This document shows positions 19,508 through 28,736 of a DNA stretch of 55,657 bases, in pieces. The notes beneath the pieces were generated by a model. The model was not told the DNA's origin. It saw only the letters and a list, made by a program, of their open reading frames with translations, and did no database searches. Made by a program: the position numbers and the translations under genes. Each line of letters starts with the position of its first letter. Within the stretch, counting starts at the first letter, position 1. The stretch covers positions 1 through 55,657 of the IMG/VR virus record IMGVR_UViG_3300048796_000091. One strand, 5' to 3'. The DNA is from a virus (lineage: Duplodnaviria > Caudoviricetes).

Positions 19508-19921
19508 TTAAAGACATATTTTGTATTCTTTCCAAAGATGTATATTTAGTTTTATAGCTGGTTCTCCTAATGGAAACCTTCCTTTTAATACATCTATTGC
19601 ATAGTAATAAGAATACGTTGCACTTTTAGCTATGGCAGGTTCTCCTAATGGAAACTTTCCTTCTAATACATATCTTGCATACCAATAAGAATACTCTGAA
19701 CTTTTAGCTATAGCTGGTTCTCCTAATGGAAACTTTCCTTCTAATACATTTTTAGCATAGTAATAAGAATACACTGCACTTTTAGCTATGGCAGGTTCTC
19801 TCTTTTTCAATTCCTTTGGATTTTTTTTGTACTTATCCCAAAACATGTCTACTACAGATTCATCTGCTTCTTTGTGCTTGTGTAAGTCTTCTGGTGATTG
19901 ATGGAATTTATATAGATTCAT
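19508..19921 (-). CDS. 26-aa repeat family protein (3 units)
   Basis: True start MNLYKF at 19921; tail appears +1 shifted from the FKID* ending seen in 21786. Confidence 0.8.
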   Translation of the reverse strand: MNLYKFHQSPEDLHKHKEADESVVDMFWDKYKKNPKELKKREPAIAKSAVYSYYYAKNVLEGKFPLGEPAIAKSSEYSYWYARYVLEGKFPLGEPAIAKSATYSYYYAIDVLKGRFPLGEPAIKLNIHLWKEYKICL

Positions 19922-20342
19922 TTTTGATTCCAAATTCTGCACAATAACCTTTCCAATTTTTTTTATCTCTTTTGATAGCTGGTTCTCCTAATGGAAACTC
20001 ACCTTTTAATACATATTTTGCATACCAATAAGAATACTCTGCATCTTTAGCAATAGCTGGTTCTCCTAAAGGAAATCTTCCTTTTAATACATCTCTTGCA
20101 TAGTAATAAGAATAATATGAATCTTTAGCAATAGCAGCTTCTCCTAAAGGAAACTTACCATGTATTACATTTTTAGCATAGTAATAAGAATACTCTGCAC
20201 TTTTAGCAATGGCAGGTTCTCTCTTTTTCAATTCCTTTGGATTATTTTTGTACTTGTCCCAGAACACTTCTACTACAGAATCTTCTGCTTCTTTGTGCTT
20301 GTGTAAATCTTCTGGTTGACTATGGTAGTTGTATAAGTTCAT
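19908..20342 (-). CDS. 26-aa repeat family protein (3 units)
   Basis: Same caps and repeats. Confidence 0.8.
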   Translation of the reverse strand: MNLYNYHSQPEDLHKHKEAEDSVVEVFWDKYKNNPKELKKREPAIAKSAEYSYYYAKNVIHGKFPLGEAAIAKDSYYSYYYARDVLKGRFPLGEPAIAKDAEYSYWYAKYVLKGEFPLGEPAIKRDKKNWKGYCAEFGIKNESI

Positions 20343-20920
20343 TCTTTGATTCCAAATTCTTTACAATATCGTTTCCAAAGATATCCATCTTTTTTTATGG
20401 CTGGTTCTCCTAATGGAAATTTTCCTTTTAATACATTTATTGCATAGTAATAAGAATACTCTGCATCTTTAGCTATAGCTGGTTCTCCTAATGGAAACCT
20501 TCCTTTTAATACATACTTTGCATAGTAATAAGAACAATATGAATCTTTAGCAATAGCTGGTTCTCCTAAAGGAAATCTTCCTTTTAATACATCTCTTGCA
20601 TAGTAATAAGAATACTCAGTATTTTTAGCAATGGCAGGTTCTCTCTTTTTCAATTCCTTTGGTAATACTTTTATTGCATATTCATAAGACCACAATACAC
20701 TTTTAGCTATAGCTGGTTCTCCTAATGGAAACCTTCCTTTTAATATATCTTTTGCATACAAATAAGAATACTCCGAACTTTTAGCAATGGCAGGTTCTCT
20801 CTTTTTCAATTCCTTTGGATTATTTTTGTACTTATCCCAAAACATGTCTACTACAGAATCATCTGCTTCTTTGTGCTTGTGTAAGTTTTTGGGTTCATTA
20901 TAGAATTTATAAATATTCAT
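20339..20920 (-). CDS. 26-aa repeat family protein (5 units, internal reuse of PKELKKR cap junction)
   Basis: Same caps and repeats. Confidence 0.8.
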   Translation of the reverse strand: MNIYKFYNEPKNLHKHKEADDSVVDMFWDKYKNNPKELKKREPAIAKSSEYSYLYAKDILKGRFPLGEPAIAKSVLWSYEYAIKVLPKELKKREPAIAKNTEYSYYYARDVLKGRFPLGEPAIAKDSYCSYYYAKYVLKGRFPLGEPAIAKDAEYSYYYAINVLKGKFPLGEPAIKKDGYLWKRYCKEFGIKE

Positions 20921-20989
20921 ATCTCATTAAAAATAAATACCAAATAATCCTTCAGAACTATTTGGTATTTTATAGGTTCCTTTTAAATT

Positions 20990-21721
20990 TTATTCTTCGT
21001 CAAAGTAATGTTTCTTGATCAACATATCCAATAATTCTTTATACTCTGGATACTTGCTCAAGTAATCAATATCAGCTTTTGACAATGGTTGATCACGATC
21101 ATTCATAAATGAATCTGATTCAAAATGTAATTGGAATTTTTTACCACCAGCAATAATAATAACTAAATTACCTTGATCATTGTAGTGATCAAACATATTG
21201 TTATCTTCTGCTGCTGTACACCATTTAGTATTTGCTCCATACAAACAAGCTGCTTCTTTGGTTGTTGGAATCAAAGCTTTAAAATCCTTAGTATCAATCA
21301 ACTTTTTAACACCACTTTTAATGACTTTTTCTTGGGCAGCTTTAGTCATTTCTGGATTTTTCTCTTGGAATTTTTCTGTAACGTCATACAAATCATCCAT
21401 TTTTTTATAACTATTCAAATCTTTATTTTCAATTTCTTTTCTAAATTTGAAAAATGTATCCAAATCTTTTTTAACTCTTGGAATATCTTCAATTTTAAAT
21501 TGATTTTTAACATACATATTAGCAATGAAAGTCATAGCTAAACCCTGCTTAGACGGATCAGCCTTTTTAAGTTGATTCATTACTTCTTTAGCAGTCGCTT
21601 CTTTGCTTTCATCTTTTTTGTAGGCATCTACTAGCTTATCACCTAATTGTTTAGCTAAGTATTCTGCCTTAGAATTGATGTCTTCTGTTAATAAATCGGG
21701 TATAAGTTCAAATAATTTCAT
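20990..21721 (-). CDS. late protein with YG..TKWCT motif and MKLFEL..LLTE leader
   Basis: TATAAATA at 21754-21761, GGAG RBS; AACLYGANTKWCTAA...FDHY. Confidence 0.6.
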   Translation of the reverse strand: MKLFELIPDLLTEDINSKAEYLAKQLGDKLVDAYKKDESKEATAKEVMNQLKKADPSKQGLAMTFIANMYVKNQFKIEDIPRVKKDLDTFFKFRKEIENKDLNSYKKMDDLYDVTEKFQEKNPEMTKAAQEKVIKSGVKKLIDTKDFKALIPTTKEAACLYGANTKWCTAAEDNNMFDHYNDQGNLVIIIAGGKKFQLHFESDSFMNDRDQPLSKADIDYLSKYPEYKELLDMLIKKHYFDEE

Positions 21722-21753
21722 GTAGTGCTCCATAAAGTGGATAGGTTATGTTC

Positions 21754-21761
21754 TATTTATA
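21754..21761 (-). promoter_or_regulatory. T4-type late promoter TATAAATA
   Basis: Exact match about 30 nt upstream of start. Confidence 0.7.
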
Positions 21762-21785
21762 AGTTTTTAGTTAAATTTAATTGTT

Positions 21786-22208
21786 TTAATCAATTTTAAA
21801 GTCCTTTTTGTATTCTTGCCAAAGATATTGATTTTGTTTTATAGCTGGTTCACCTAATGGGAATCTAGCATCTAAAACTACATCTGCATAATCATAAGAA
21901 TAGACTCTATCTTTAGCAATAGCTGGTTCTCCTAATGGAAATTTTCCTTTTAATACATCTCTTGCATATTCATAAGACCACTCTGCACTTTTAGCTATCT
22001 CTGGTTCTCCTAATGGAAACCTTCCTTTTAATACATTTTTTGCATAGTAATAAGAATACATTGCACTTTTAGCTATGGCGGGTTCTCTTTTCTTCAACTG
22101 ATAAGCCGTTGTACGATATTTATCCCAGAATACATCAACAACAGATTCATCTGCTTCTTTGTGCTTGTGTAGTTCTTCTGGTTGACTATGGTAGTTGTAT
22201 AAGTTCAT
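21786..22208 (-). CDS. 26-aa repeat family protein (3 units)
   Basis: Same caps and repeats, ends FKID. Confidence 0.8.
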   Translation of the reverse strand: MNLYNYHSQPEELHKHKEADESVVDVFWDKYRTTAYQLKKREPAIAKSAMYSYYYAKNVLKGRFPLGEPEIAKSAEWSYEYARDVLKGKFPLGEPAIAKDRVYSYDYADVVLDARFPLGEPAIKQNQYLWQEYKKDFKID

Positions 22209-22630
22209 TCTTTGATTCCAAATTTTTTACAATAATCATCCCAATTTTTTTTATCTCTTTTGATAGCTGGTTCTCCTAAAGGAAACTTTCCTTTTAATAC
22301 ATCTCTTGCATACAAATAAGAATATTCTGCACTTTTAGCAATAGCTGGTTCACCTAATTCAAACCTTCCTTTTAATACATCTTCTGCATAGTAATAAGAA
22401 TACTCTCCATCTTTAGCTATGTCCGGTTCTCCTAATGGAAACCTTCCTTCTAATATATTTCTTGCATACAAATAAGAATATTTTGCACTTTTAGCAATGG
22501 CAGGTTCTCTCTTTTTCAATTCCTTTGGATTTTTTTTGTACTTATCCCAGAACACTTCTATTACAGATTCATCTGCTTCCTTGTGCTTGTGTAAATCTTT
22601 TGGTTCTTGATGAAATTTGTATAAGTTCAC
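22205..22630 (-). CDS. 26-aa repeat family protein (3 units)
   Basis: Same caps and repeats. Confidence 0.8.
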   Translation of the reverse strand: MNLYKFHQEPKDLHKHKEADESVIEVFWDKYKKNPKELKKREPAIAKSAKYSYLYARNILEGRFPLGEPDIAKDGEYSYYYAEDVLKGRFELGEPAIAKSAEYSYLYARDVLKGKFPLGEPAIKRDKKNWDDYCKKFGIKE

Positions 22631-23070
22631 TTCTTTTTCTGCCTATAAATAACCTGCTCAGTTAACACTCTAAATTCAAATCCATTTTCTTTACACCAAT
22701 GCATAGCAGCAACCCACTTTGCTTCATTAATTTCTAATGCATCCTTTGACCTATCAGATTTTGCATATTGTTTAACTGCCTCATGTCGCGGCTTAATTTC
22801 AATAATTTCTTTATGTATTATACCATCTTCATCTACCCATTCAATAAACATATCTGGATAATACTGATGTACTTTTCCATCTGATGGTAAAAAATAAGGA
22901 ATGGAAAATTCTTCTGAATTCCACCTTAATACATCTTCCCTTGAATCTGCCCGTTTCATACAAGTCAGTTCCCAACTACTTCTAAAAGTAATTTTGTTAG
23001 GATCACCTATATATTTATCAGGATTTTTAGGAATGAATCTTCCTTTACCTTTTACTTCTAATTTTTTCAT
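22627..23070 (-). CDS. head completion nuclease (T4 gp4/TnsA-like)
   Basis: PKNPDKYIGD, FRSSWE, YYPD, EIKP, INEAKW.AA..WC; start MKKLEV coupled to upstream stop. Confidence 0.88.
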   Translation of the reverse strand: MKKLEVKGKGRFIPKNPDKYIGDPNKITFRSSWELTCMKRADSREDVLRWNSEEFSIPYFLPSDGKVHQYYPDMFIEWVDEDGIIHKEIIEIKPRHEAVKQYAKSDRSKDALEINEAKWVAAMHWCKENGFEFRVLTEQVIYRQKKK

Positions 23071-23645
23071 TCTTTGATTCCAAATTCTGCACAATAAACT
23101 TTCCAATATTTGCTATGTTTTAAAATTGGTTCACCTAATGGAAACCTTCCTTTTAATACATCTATTGCATAGTAATAAGAATACGTTGCACTTTTAGCTA
23201 TAGCCGGTTCTCCTAAAGGAAATTTTCCTTTTAATACATTTATTGCATAGTAATAAGAATACTCTGCACTTTTAGCTATAGCTGGTTCTCCTAAAGGTAA
23301 CCTTCCTTTTAATACATGTCTTGCATAGTAATAAGAATACTCTGAACTTTTAGCAATGGCCGGTTCTCCTAAAGGAAACTTTCCGTTTAATATACCTCTT
23401 GCATACCAATAAGAATACTTTGCACTTTTAGCTATGGCCGGTTCTCCTAAAGGAAACTTTCCGTTTAATACATCGTCTGCATACAAATAAGAATACTCTG
23501 CACTTTTAGCAATGGCAGGTTCTCTCTTTTTCAATTCCTTTGGATTATTTTTATACTTATCCCAAAACAAGTCTATGACATGATCTTCTTTTGAGTCATG
23601 TTTATGTAGTTCTTCTGGTGTTTTATGAAATTTGTATAGATTCAT
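23067..23645 (-). CDS. 26-aa repeat family protein (5 units)
   Basis: Same caps and repeats. Confidence 0.8.
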   Translation of the reverse strand: MNLYKFHKTPEELHKHDSKEDHVIDLFWDKYKNNPKELKKREPAIAKSAEYSYLYADDVLNGKFPLGEPAIAKSAKYSYWYARGILNGKFPLGEPAIAKSSEYSYYYARHVLKGRLPLGEPAIAKSAEYSYYYAINVLKGKFPLGEPAIAKSATYSYYYAIDVLKGRFPLGEPILKHSKYWKVYCAEFGIKE

Positions 23646-24964
23646 GCTATCACCGAACTATTATTTACATCTGGATTATACGCAGAATCCACCTGATCCA
23701 CATTACTATCCACAGTACTTGAACTTGCACCATTATCCATTATGTATGGAGGACTCACTATATTAATCCCACCAGGGCTTTGATTACCAATATTTCCTAA
23801 TGTCTTAGCTGCTGCTGTCCCATATGGTGAACTTGGAGTAGTCAATAAACCACCACCAGCACTAATTAAATTAGATGACTGTACTATTGCTCCAACACTA
23901 GTATTTCCAATCCTAGCATTGATATTCATCACCCCTTGTATCGTATTATTTAAAAAATTACCCTGACCCATTCCACCTAAATTACTTGGATATGAATTTA
24001 AACTGCCACCCGATCCACCTAATATATCATTACTTTGTACATACCCACCCGCACTATTTTTGTTATTTACACTTGTTCCTAACTGACCAGTTACTATATA
24101 CAAAGTATCAAAATCAATTTCACATGCCACCATGTTTACATCTGATCCATTTGCATGATCCTGATCCATGATCTGCCATGTGGTTAACCTTGGATTACTA
24201 AATACATATGAGTTGGCATAAATTGCTTGTTGTACTTGTGCTCCCTGTAACATAGGATTCATTCTGTTTAAGTAATATTGATCAATAGTCATACTTGATA
24301 AAATATCAATACCCCCATTAATCAAAGCAGCTCTTGCCCCACTATCAATACCACCAGCATTAAACGCAAATCCATAATCACCCAAAGTAGTTCCATCTAA
24401 AAAAGTTTGTCGTCCAGATGGCACTAATAATTGATAATACATGTTGATAAAATTGAGTGCATTATTGGCAACATCATCGTACATCTGAAAAGCAATAGGT
24501 TGATGTTCAATCCGTCTTATTACTTTTGTTCTGAAATTATATAGATTGATTTCTTCATAATCAATACTGAATTTAGGTAAGTCAATTTGCTTCACTACAA
24601 ATGTAAGATTATCCATCAAAGAAGCTACATTGGTAGCTCCTAAATATTGTTCAGCTTCTTGTAATGCAGCAGCAGTTAATTTAAAAGTAACTTTAAATAA
24701 GAATTTAGTTTTAGGATCAAATCCACCAATACCAGAAGCTAAAGAAGCTGCATAGGGAGTAGGAGAATAAACCGCATTCTCCCCTTCAGATGGTTGAAAA
24801 GAATTTAAAGATACCCCAAAAGCTAAGGATGCATTACTATTCTTAGAAAAGACGGTGTTTAATGAACCGGAAACTTGATTTGTAACAACAGCACCAAATT
24901 GTTGTAAATTTTGTGCTTGTAATTGAACTCCAATGGATGGAAGTAAACCAGAAATGTCAGGCAT
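23642..24964 (-). CDS. tail-tube-fold protein (tube initiator/baseplate junction, gp48/gp54-like)
   Basis: KFLFKVTF...VKQIDLPKFSI..EEINLYN...QPIAFQMYDD parallels the tube protein; late box GATAAATA at 24989-24996. Confidence 0.6.
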   Translation of the reverse strand: MPDISGLLPSIGVQLQAQNLQQFGAVVTNQVSGSLNTVFSKNSNASLAFGVSLNSFQPSEGENAVYSPTPYAASLASGIGGFDPKTKFLFKVTFKLTAAALQEAEQYLGATNVASLMDNLTFVVKQIDLPKFSIDYEEINLYNFRTKVIRRIEHQPIAFQMYDDVANNALNFINMYYQLLVPSGRQTFLDGTTLGDYGFAFNAGGIDSGARAALINGGIDILSSMTIDQYYLNRMNPMLQGAQVQQAIYANSYVFSNPRLTTWQIMDQDHANGSDVNMVACEIDFDTLYIVTGQLGTSVNNKNSAGGYVQSNDILGGSGGSLNSYPSNLGGMGQGNFLNNTIQGVMNINARIGNTSVGAIVQSSNLISAGGGLLTTPSSPYGTAAAKTLGNIGNQSPGGINIVSPPYIMDNGASSSTVDSNVDQVDSAYNPDVNNSSVIA

Positions 24965-25014
24965 GGTAAATCCTAAAATGTAATATAGTATTTATCATAA
25001 AATTGTTAAAGTTA

Positions 25015-25371
25015 TTATATTCTAAAATACTTACAATATGCATCATACCAATAAGTATACTTTGCACTTTTAGCAATGGCAGATTCTCCTAATGGAAACC
25101 TTCCTTTTAATACACCTATTGCATAGTAATAAGAATATTCTGCATTTTTAGCTATAGCTGGTTCTCCTAATGGAAATCTTTTTTCTAATACCTTTCTTGC
25201 ATACATATAAGAATATTTTGCACTTTTAACAATTTCTTTTTCTCTTTTTTTGAGTTCTTCTGATTTATCAATATGGTAATATTTTTCCCAAAATACATCT
25301 AATACATACATATCTGCATCTTGATATCTATGTAATTCTGTTGGTTTTTTGTGAAATTTATATAGATTCAT
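25015..25371 (-). CDS. 26-aa repeat family protein (2 units plus partial)
   Basis: True start MNLYKF at 25371. Confidence 0.78.
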   Translation of the reverse strand: MNLYKFHKKPTELHRYQDADMYVLDVFWEKYYHIDKSEELKKREKEIVKSAKYSYMYARKVLEKRFPLGEPAIAKNAEYSYYYAIGVLKGRFPLGESAIAKSAKYTYWYDAYCKYFRI

Positions 25372-25868
25372 TCTTTGATTCCAAAATCTGCACAATAATC
25401 ACCAAAATAATGTGAATCTTTAATCGCCGGGTCACCTAATTCAAACCTTCCCTTTAATACATGCCTTGCATATGTATAAGAATAATATGCATCCTTAGCA
25501 ATAGCTGATTCACCTAATGGAAACTTTCCATGTAATACATCTTTTGCATAAAAAAAAGAATAATATGCATCCTTAGCAATAGCTGGTTCTCCCAATTCAA
25601 ACCTTCCTTTTAAAACAGCTTTTGCATAAAAAAAAGAATGAGCTGTATTCTTAACAATAGCTGGTTCTCCCAATTCAAACCTTCCTTTTAAAACATCCAT
25701 TGCATAGGCATAAGAATAATGTGCACTTTTAGCTATAGCTGGTTCCCTCTTTTTCAATTCTTTTGGATTATTTTTGTACTTATCCCAAAACAATTCTATG
25801 ACATGATCTTCTTTTGAGTCATGTCTGTGTAGTGTCTCTGGTTTATCATAAAATTGGTATAAATTCAT
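25368..25868 (-). CDS. 26-aa repeat family protein (4 units)
   Basis: GGAG RBS; extended -10 TGGTATAAT at 25893-25901. Confidence 0.8.
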   Translation of the reverse strand: MNLYQFYDKPETLHRHDSKEDHVIELFWDKYKNNPKELKKREPAIAKSAHYSYAYAMDVLKGRFELGEPAIVKNTAHSFFYAKAVLKGRFELGEPAIAKDAYYSFFYAKDVLHGKFPLGESAIAKDAYYSYTYARHVLKGRFELGDPAIKDSHYFGDYCADFGIKE

Positions 25869-25911
25869 CTAACATCTCCAAATATTTTCCTCATTATACC
25901 ACATATATAAT

Positions 25912-25938
25912 AAAAAAGGACTCCGAAGAGTCCTTTTT
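25912..25938 (-). terminator. rho-independent terminator (UUCG loop)
   Basis: AAAAAGGACTC-TTCG-GAGTCCTTTTTT. Confidence 0.85.
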
Positions 25939-25957
25939 CTTTTATTTCTATTACAGA

Positions 25958-27967
25958 TTAACTCAATGGACCAATCGCATTAGAGGTTACAGTTACAGCA
26001 CCATTTGTATTGGTAGCAGTTTCTTGACAAGTAATATTATGTCCAATTTCACCTACTGTAGTCAAATAAGTAGTTCCTGTAGCACCAGAAATCAATCCAC
26101 TTACTGAATCATACCATTGATGAGTAATCGCTGGTGTTGGTGAACCACTCCATGTACCCGGAGTTGCAGTCAATGTATTAGCATGTACTGAACTTCCTGC
26201 TATTGTCACTGCTGTCAAACTATATGGCACTAATGTATTAACATTATTAACAGTATTAGAATCAGCCGTTGCACTACCAACAGTAGTTGTATCTGTCAAT
26301 GGGTAATACAAGTTTGCACTACCTGTAACTGCACAGTATATGTTATGAGTAATATTGCTATTTTGTAATACATATGTATTGCTAGTAGCACCAGAAATTA
26401 ATCCACTTGTAACATCATACCATTGATAACTAAATGTTGGGGAACCTGTCCATGTACCAGTAGTAGTTGTTAATGTACTACCAACTAACATTGTACCAGA
26501 AACCACTGGAGCTAATGTATTTACTGGTACAGAACCAACAACAATAGTTTCATCAATCTGGATATAATCATAAGTAGTTGTTTCACCTGAAGCTGCTGTT
26601 ACGGTAAAGATAGCAGCAGTTGGTAATGTAGCACCATATAAATTACTTGCCGTTACTTCACAAGAAATCTTAGTACCAGAATCAATACTTTGTACAGTAT
26701 AGGTAGAACTAGTTGCACCAGAAATTGCACCGTATACAGAACTATACCATTGATATGTATAACTTGCAGCAGGAGAAGCTGTTGCTGTACCAGTAGTACT
26801 TGTTAATACTTGACCAACAACTGGTGAACCAGATAATACTGGTAATAATGTACCGTAATTTGGTGCATATCCAGCAGCAATAGTAGTAGCCAATGTGTTA
26901 GAAGCTTGTGTTACTGTAGAAGTAGCATTTGTTGCTGATACTACGCAATGAATTGCTAAACCTAAATCAGATGTTTGAACAGTATACGTATTCTTAGTCT
27001 GAGCAGTGATAGCACCATTAGTATTAAACCATTGATAAGTATATATAGGAGCAGGATGACCTGTCCATGTACCACTTGTTGAACTCAATACACAATTTAC
27101 AGTTGGTGTTGTAGGAAGTGTAAATGGAGGTTGTTGATTTATTACGTTAACAATTGATACTACCGGAGCTACAGTATTAGCAGGAGCTGCTGCTGATGTA
27201 GAAGTTACAGGACCAACTTCAGTTGCTGATTTATTAACATTAGATACCGAATTTCCAGCAGTAACAATACATCCAATATTATAACCAACTTGGCTATCTT
27301 GCAATACATAAGTAGATAAATTTGAACTAAATCCAACTTCTCTATCGTTGATCAATTGTGGACCATATCCATTCAACAAATCAATTGTCCATTGATAAGA
27401 ATATGTAGGAACAGGAGCACCTGTCCAAGTACCAGTAGAACAAGTCAATGTACTACCAGATGATAATGATCCAGTAATAACTGGCAACACTGTATTCACC
27501 GGAGCAGATACAATATTAGTTGTAAATGGACCAACAGAAGCAGTAGTCACACTAGCACTACCACCAGTATTAGTGGCAGTAACAACACAAGTAATAGAAT
27601 TACCTACGTCTTGAAATGATGTTACATATGTCTGTCCAACTACACCCGGAATAGTAACACCAGCAGATTTCCATACATAGGTATAGATTGGTGCAGGGAA
27701 TCCTGTCCATATACCCGGTACATTGACGAAATTGCCTTGTGAATTTACCATACCAACAGATACTTGAGTACCAGTAACTAAATTTGCTGAAAATAAAGTT
27801 GGTGGGGTTGTATTAGCTGGTGCAACTGGTGAACTACCTGAACCAGTAGTTGCCCAATTAATTTTCCAATTTGGATTTGTGTTTTGATCATCATTAGCCA
27901 AGGAGCCAAAATCTTGCTTAACCCCGGTAATGGTTGTATATAATGTAGTAACTACGCCTGTTGTCAT
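25958..27967 (-). CDS. virion protein with about six Ig-like repeats
   Basis: Repeated P.NT..PV.SG...G.TLT.TTGTW.G.P...YQW...I.GAT..TY...I.C.VTA units; directly downstream of tail tube. Confidence 0.75.
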   Translation of the reverse strand: MTTGVVTTLYTTITGVKQDFGSLANDDQNTNPNWKINWATTGSGSSPVAPANTTPPTLFSANLVTGTQVSVGMVNSQGNFVNVPGIWTGFPAPIYTYVWKSAGVTIPGVVGQTYVTSFQDVGNSITCVVTATNTGGSASVTTASVGPFTTNIVSAPVNTVLPVITGSLSSGSTLTCSTGTWTGAPVPTYSYQWTIDLLNGYGPQLINDREVGFSSNLSTYVLQDSQVGYNIGCIVTAGNSVSNVNKSATEVGPVTSTSAAAPANTVAPVVSIVNVINQQPPFTLPTTPTVNCVLSSTSGTWTGHPAPIYTYQWFNTNGAITAQTKNTYTVQTSDLGLAIHCVVSATNATSTVTQASNTLATTIAAGYAPNYGTLLPVLSGSPVVGQVLTSTTGTATASPAASYTYQWYSSVYGAISGATSSTYTVQSIDSGTKISCEVTASNLYGATLPTAAIFTVTAASGETTTYDYIQIDETIVVGSVPVNTLAPVVSGTMLVGSTLTTTTGTWTGSPTFSYQWYDVTSGLISGATSNTYVLQNSNITHNIYCAVTGSANLYYPLTDTTTVGSATADSNTVNNVNTLVPYSLTAVTIAGSSVHANTLTATPGTWSGSPTPAITHQWYDSVSGLISGATGTTYLTTVGEIGHNITCQETATNTNGAVTVTSNAIGPLS

Positions 27968-28011
27968 TCTAATCTCCTAATTAATTTTTCGGTAATTTAA
28001 TATATGATTTA

Positions 28012-28608
28012 TTAAGTAGTATAAAAACCACCAAGAGCAGTTCCATATCCAGAACCAGTAAGTGCTAAACTTGCCATATCAAAACTCATTACTACATCAA
28101 TAGTAACCGAATCTGAACTTGCATAATCTAAGTCACCGAAATTTAAAGATTCAAACCAGCAACCTTCCAAATTCCATTGTTCAACAATTCCTTCATTACC
28201 ATCTAACATTTGTAACTGAGCACCAAACTTATAATCAGAACCAGTAGCAGCACTGTTAATCCAATCACCCGGTAAATCTCCACCAAGTAATCTTTGTTGT
28301 GTCTCCCATTGACCAATTAATGCTTGTGCTCCCAATCCAGTTACGTCATCTTCAATTTTTAAATTGATTGGATCAAATTCATATTTACCAGCAATGTATG
28401 CAGTTGAGTTATATCTATGAATAGCAATCTTTGAATTCTTTACTGAAGGTCTAGCAAAAGTAACAAGCTGACGTGTAAAATCACGACCATTAGCAGAAGG
28501 TACTAAACTAGAAAATCCAGTAAAAACTACTTGGTATTTATTACGTTGTTTAGGCTGAAGGATACCTGTTCCACCGGCTGGAATACCCATTTGTGATAAT
28601 GTTGACAT
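28012..28608 (-). CDS. tail tube protein (gp19-like)
   Basis: ILQPKQRNKYQVVF, RPSV, IHRYNS..YIAGK..FDPI.L..EDD, EQWNLEGCW...FGDLDY. Confidence 0.85.
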   Translation of the reverse strand: MSTLSQMGIPAGGTGILQPKQRNKYQVVFTGFSSLVPSANGRDFTRQLVTFARPSVKNSKIAIHRYNSTAYIAGKYEFDPINLKIEDDVTGLGAQALIGQWETQQRLLGGDLPGDWINSAATGSDYKFGAQLQMLDGNEGIVEQWNLEGCWFESLNFGDLDYASSDSVTIDVVMSFDMASLALTGSGYGTALGGFYTT

Positions 28609-28653
28609 TCTTACTCCTAATAAAATCGATACTTTGAATAAATTCTCATACCT

Positions 28654-28661
28654 TATTTATA
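28654..28661 (-). promoter_or_regulatory. T4-type late promoter TATAAATA
   Basis: Exact match upstream of tube gene, just after a terminator. Confidence 0.75.
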
Positions 28662-28691
28662 ATAAAACATGAAAAATAATAAAATTCCAAC

Positions 28692-28717
28692 AAAAAAGGA
28701 CTCCGAAGAGTCCTTTT
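28692..28717 (-). terminator. rho-independent terminator (UUCG loop)
   Basis: Same GGACTC-TTCG-GAGTCC stem with U run. Confidence 0.85.
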
Positions 28718-28736
28718 ATATCAAATTAATTTTATT

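Noticed and set aside
7069-25868. Diversity-generating retroelement behind the repeat-gene variation
   Set aside because: No reverse transcriptase or non-coding template repeat in the window; differences are not confined to adenines. Cannot exclude an RT elsewhere
7069-25868. 78-bp repeats as CRISPR or non-coding satellite
   Set aside because: All copies are in-frame within ORFs with start/stop coupling and no unique spacers
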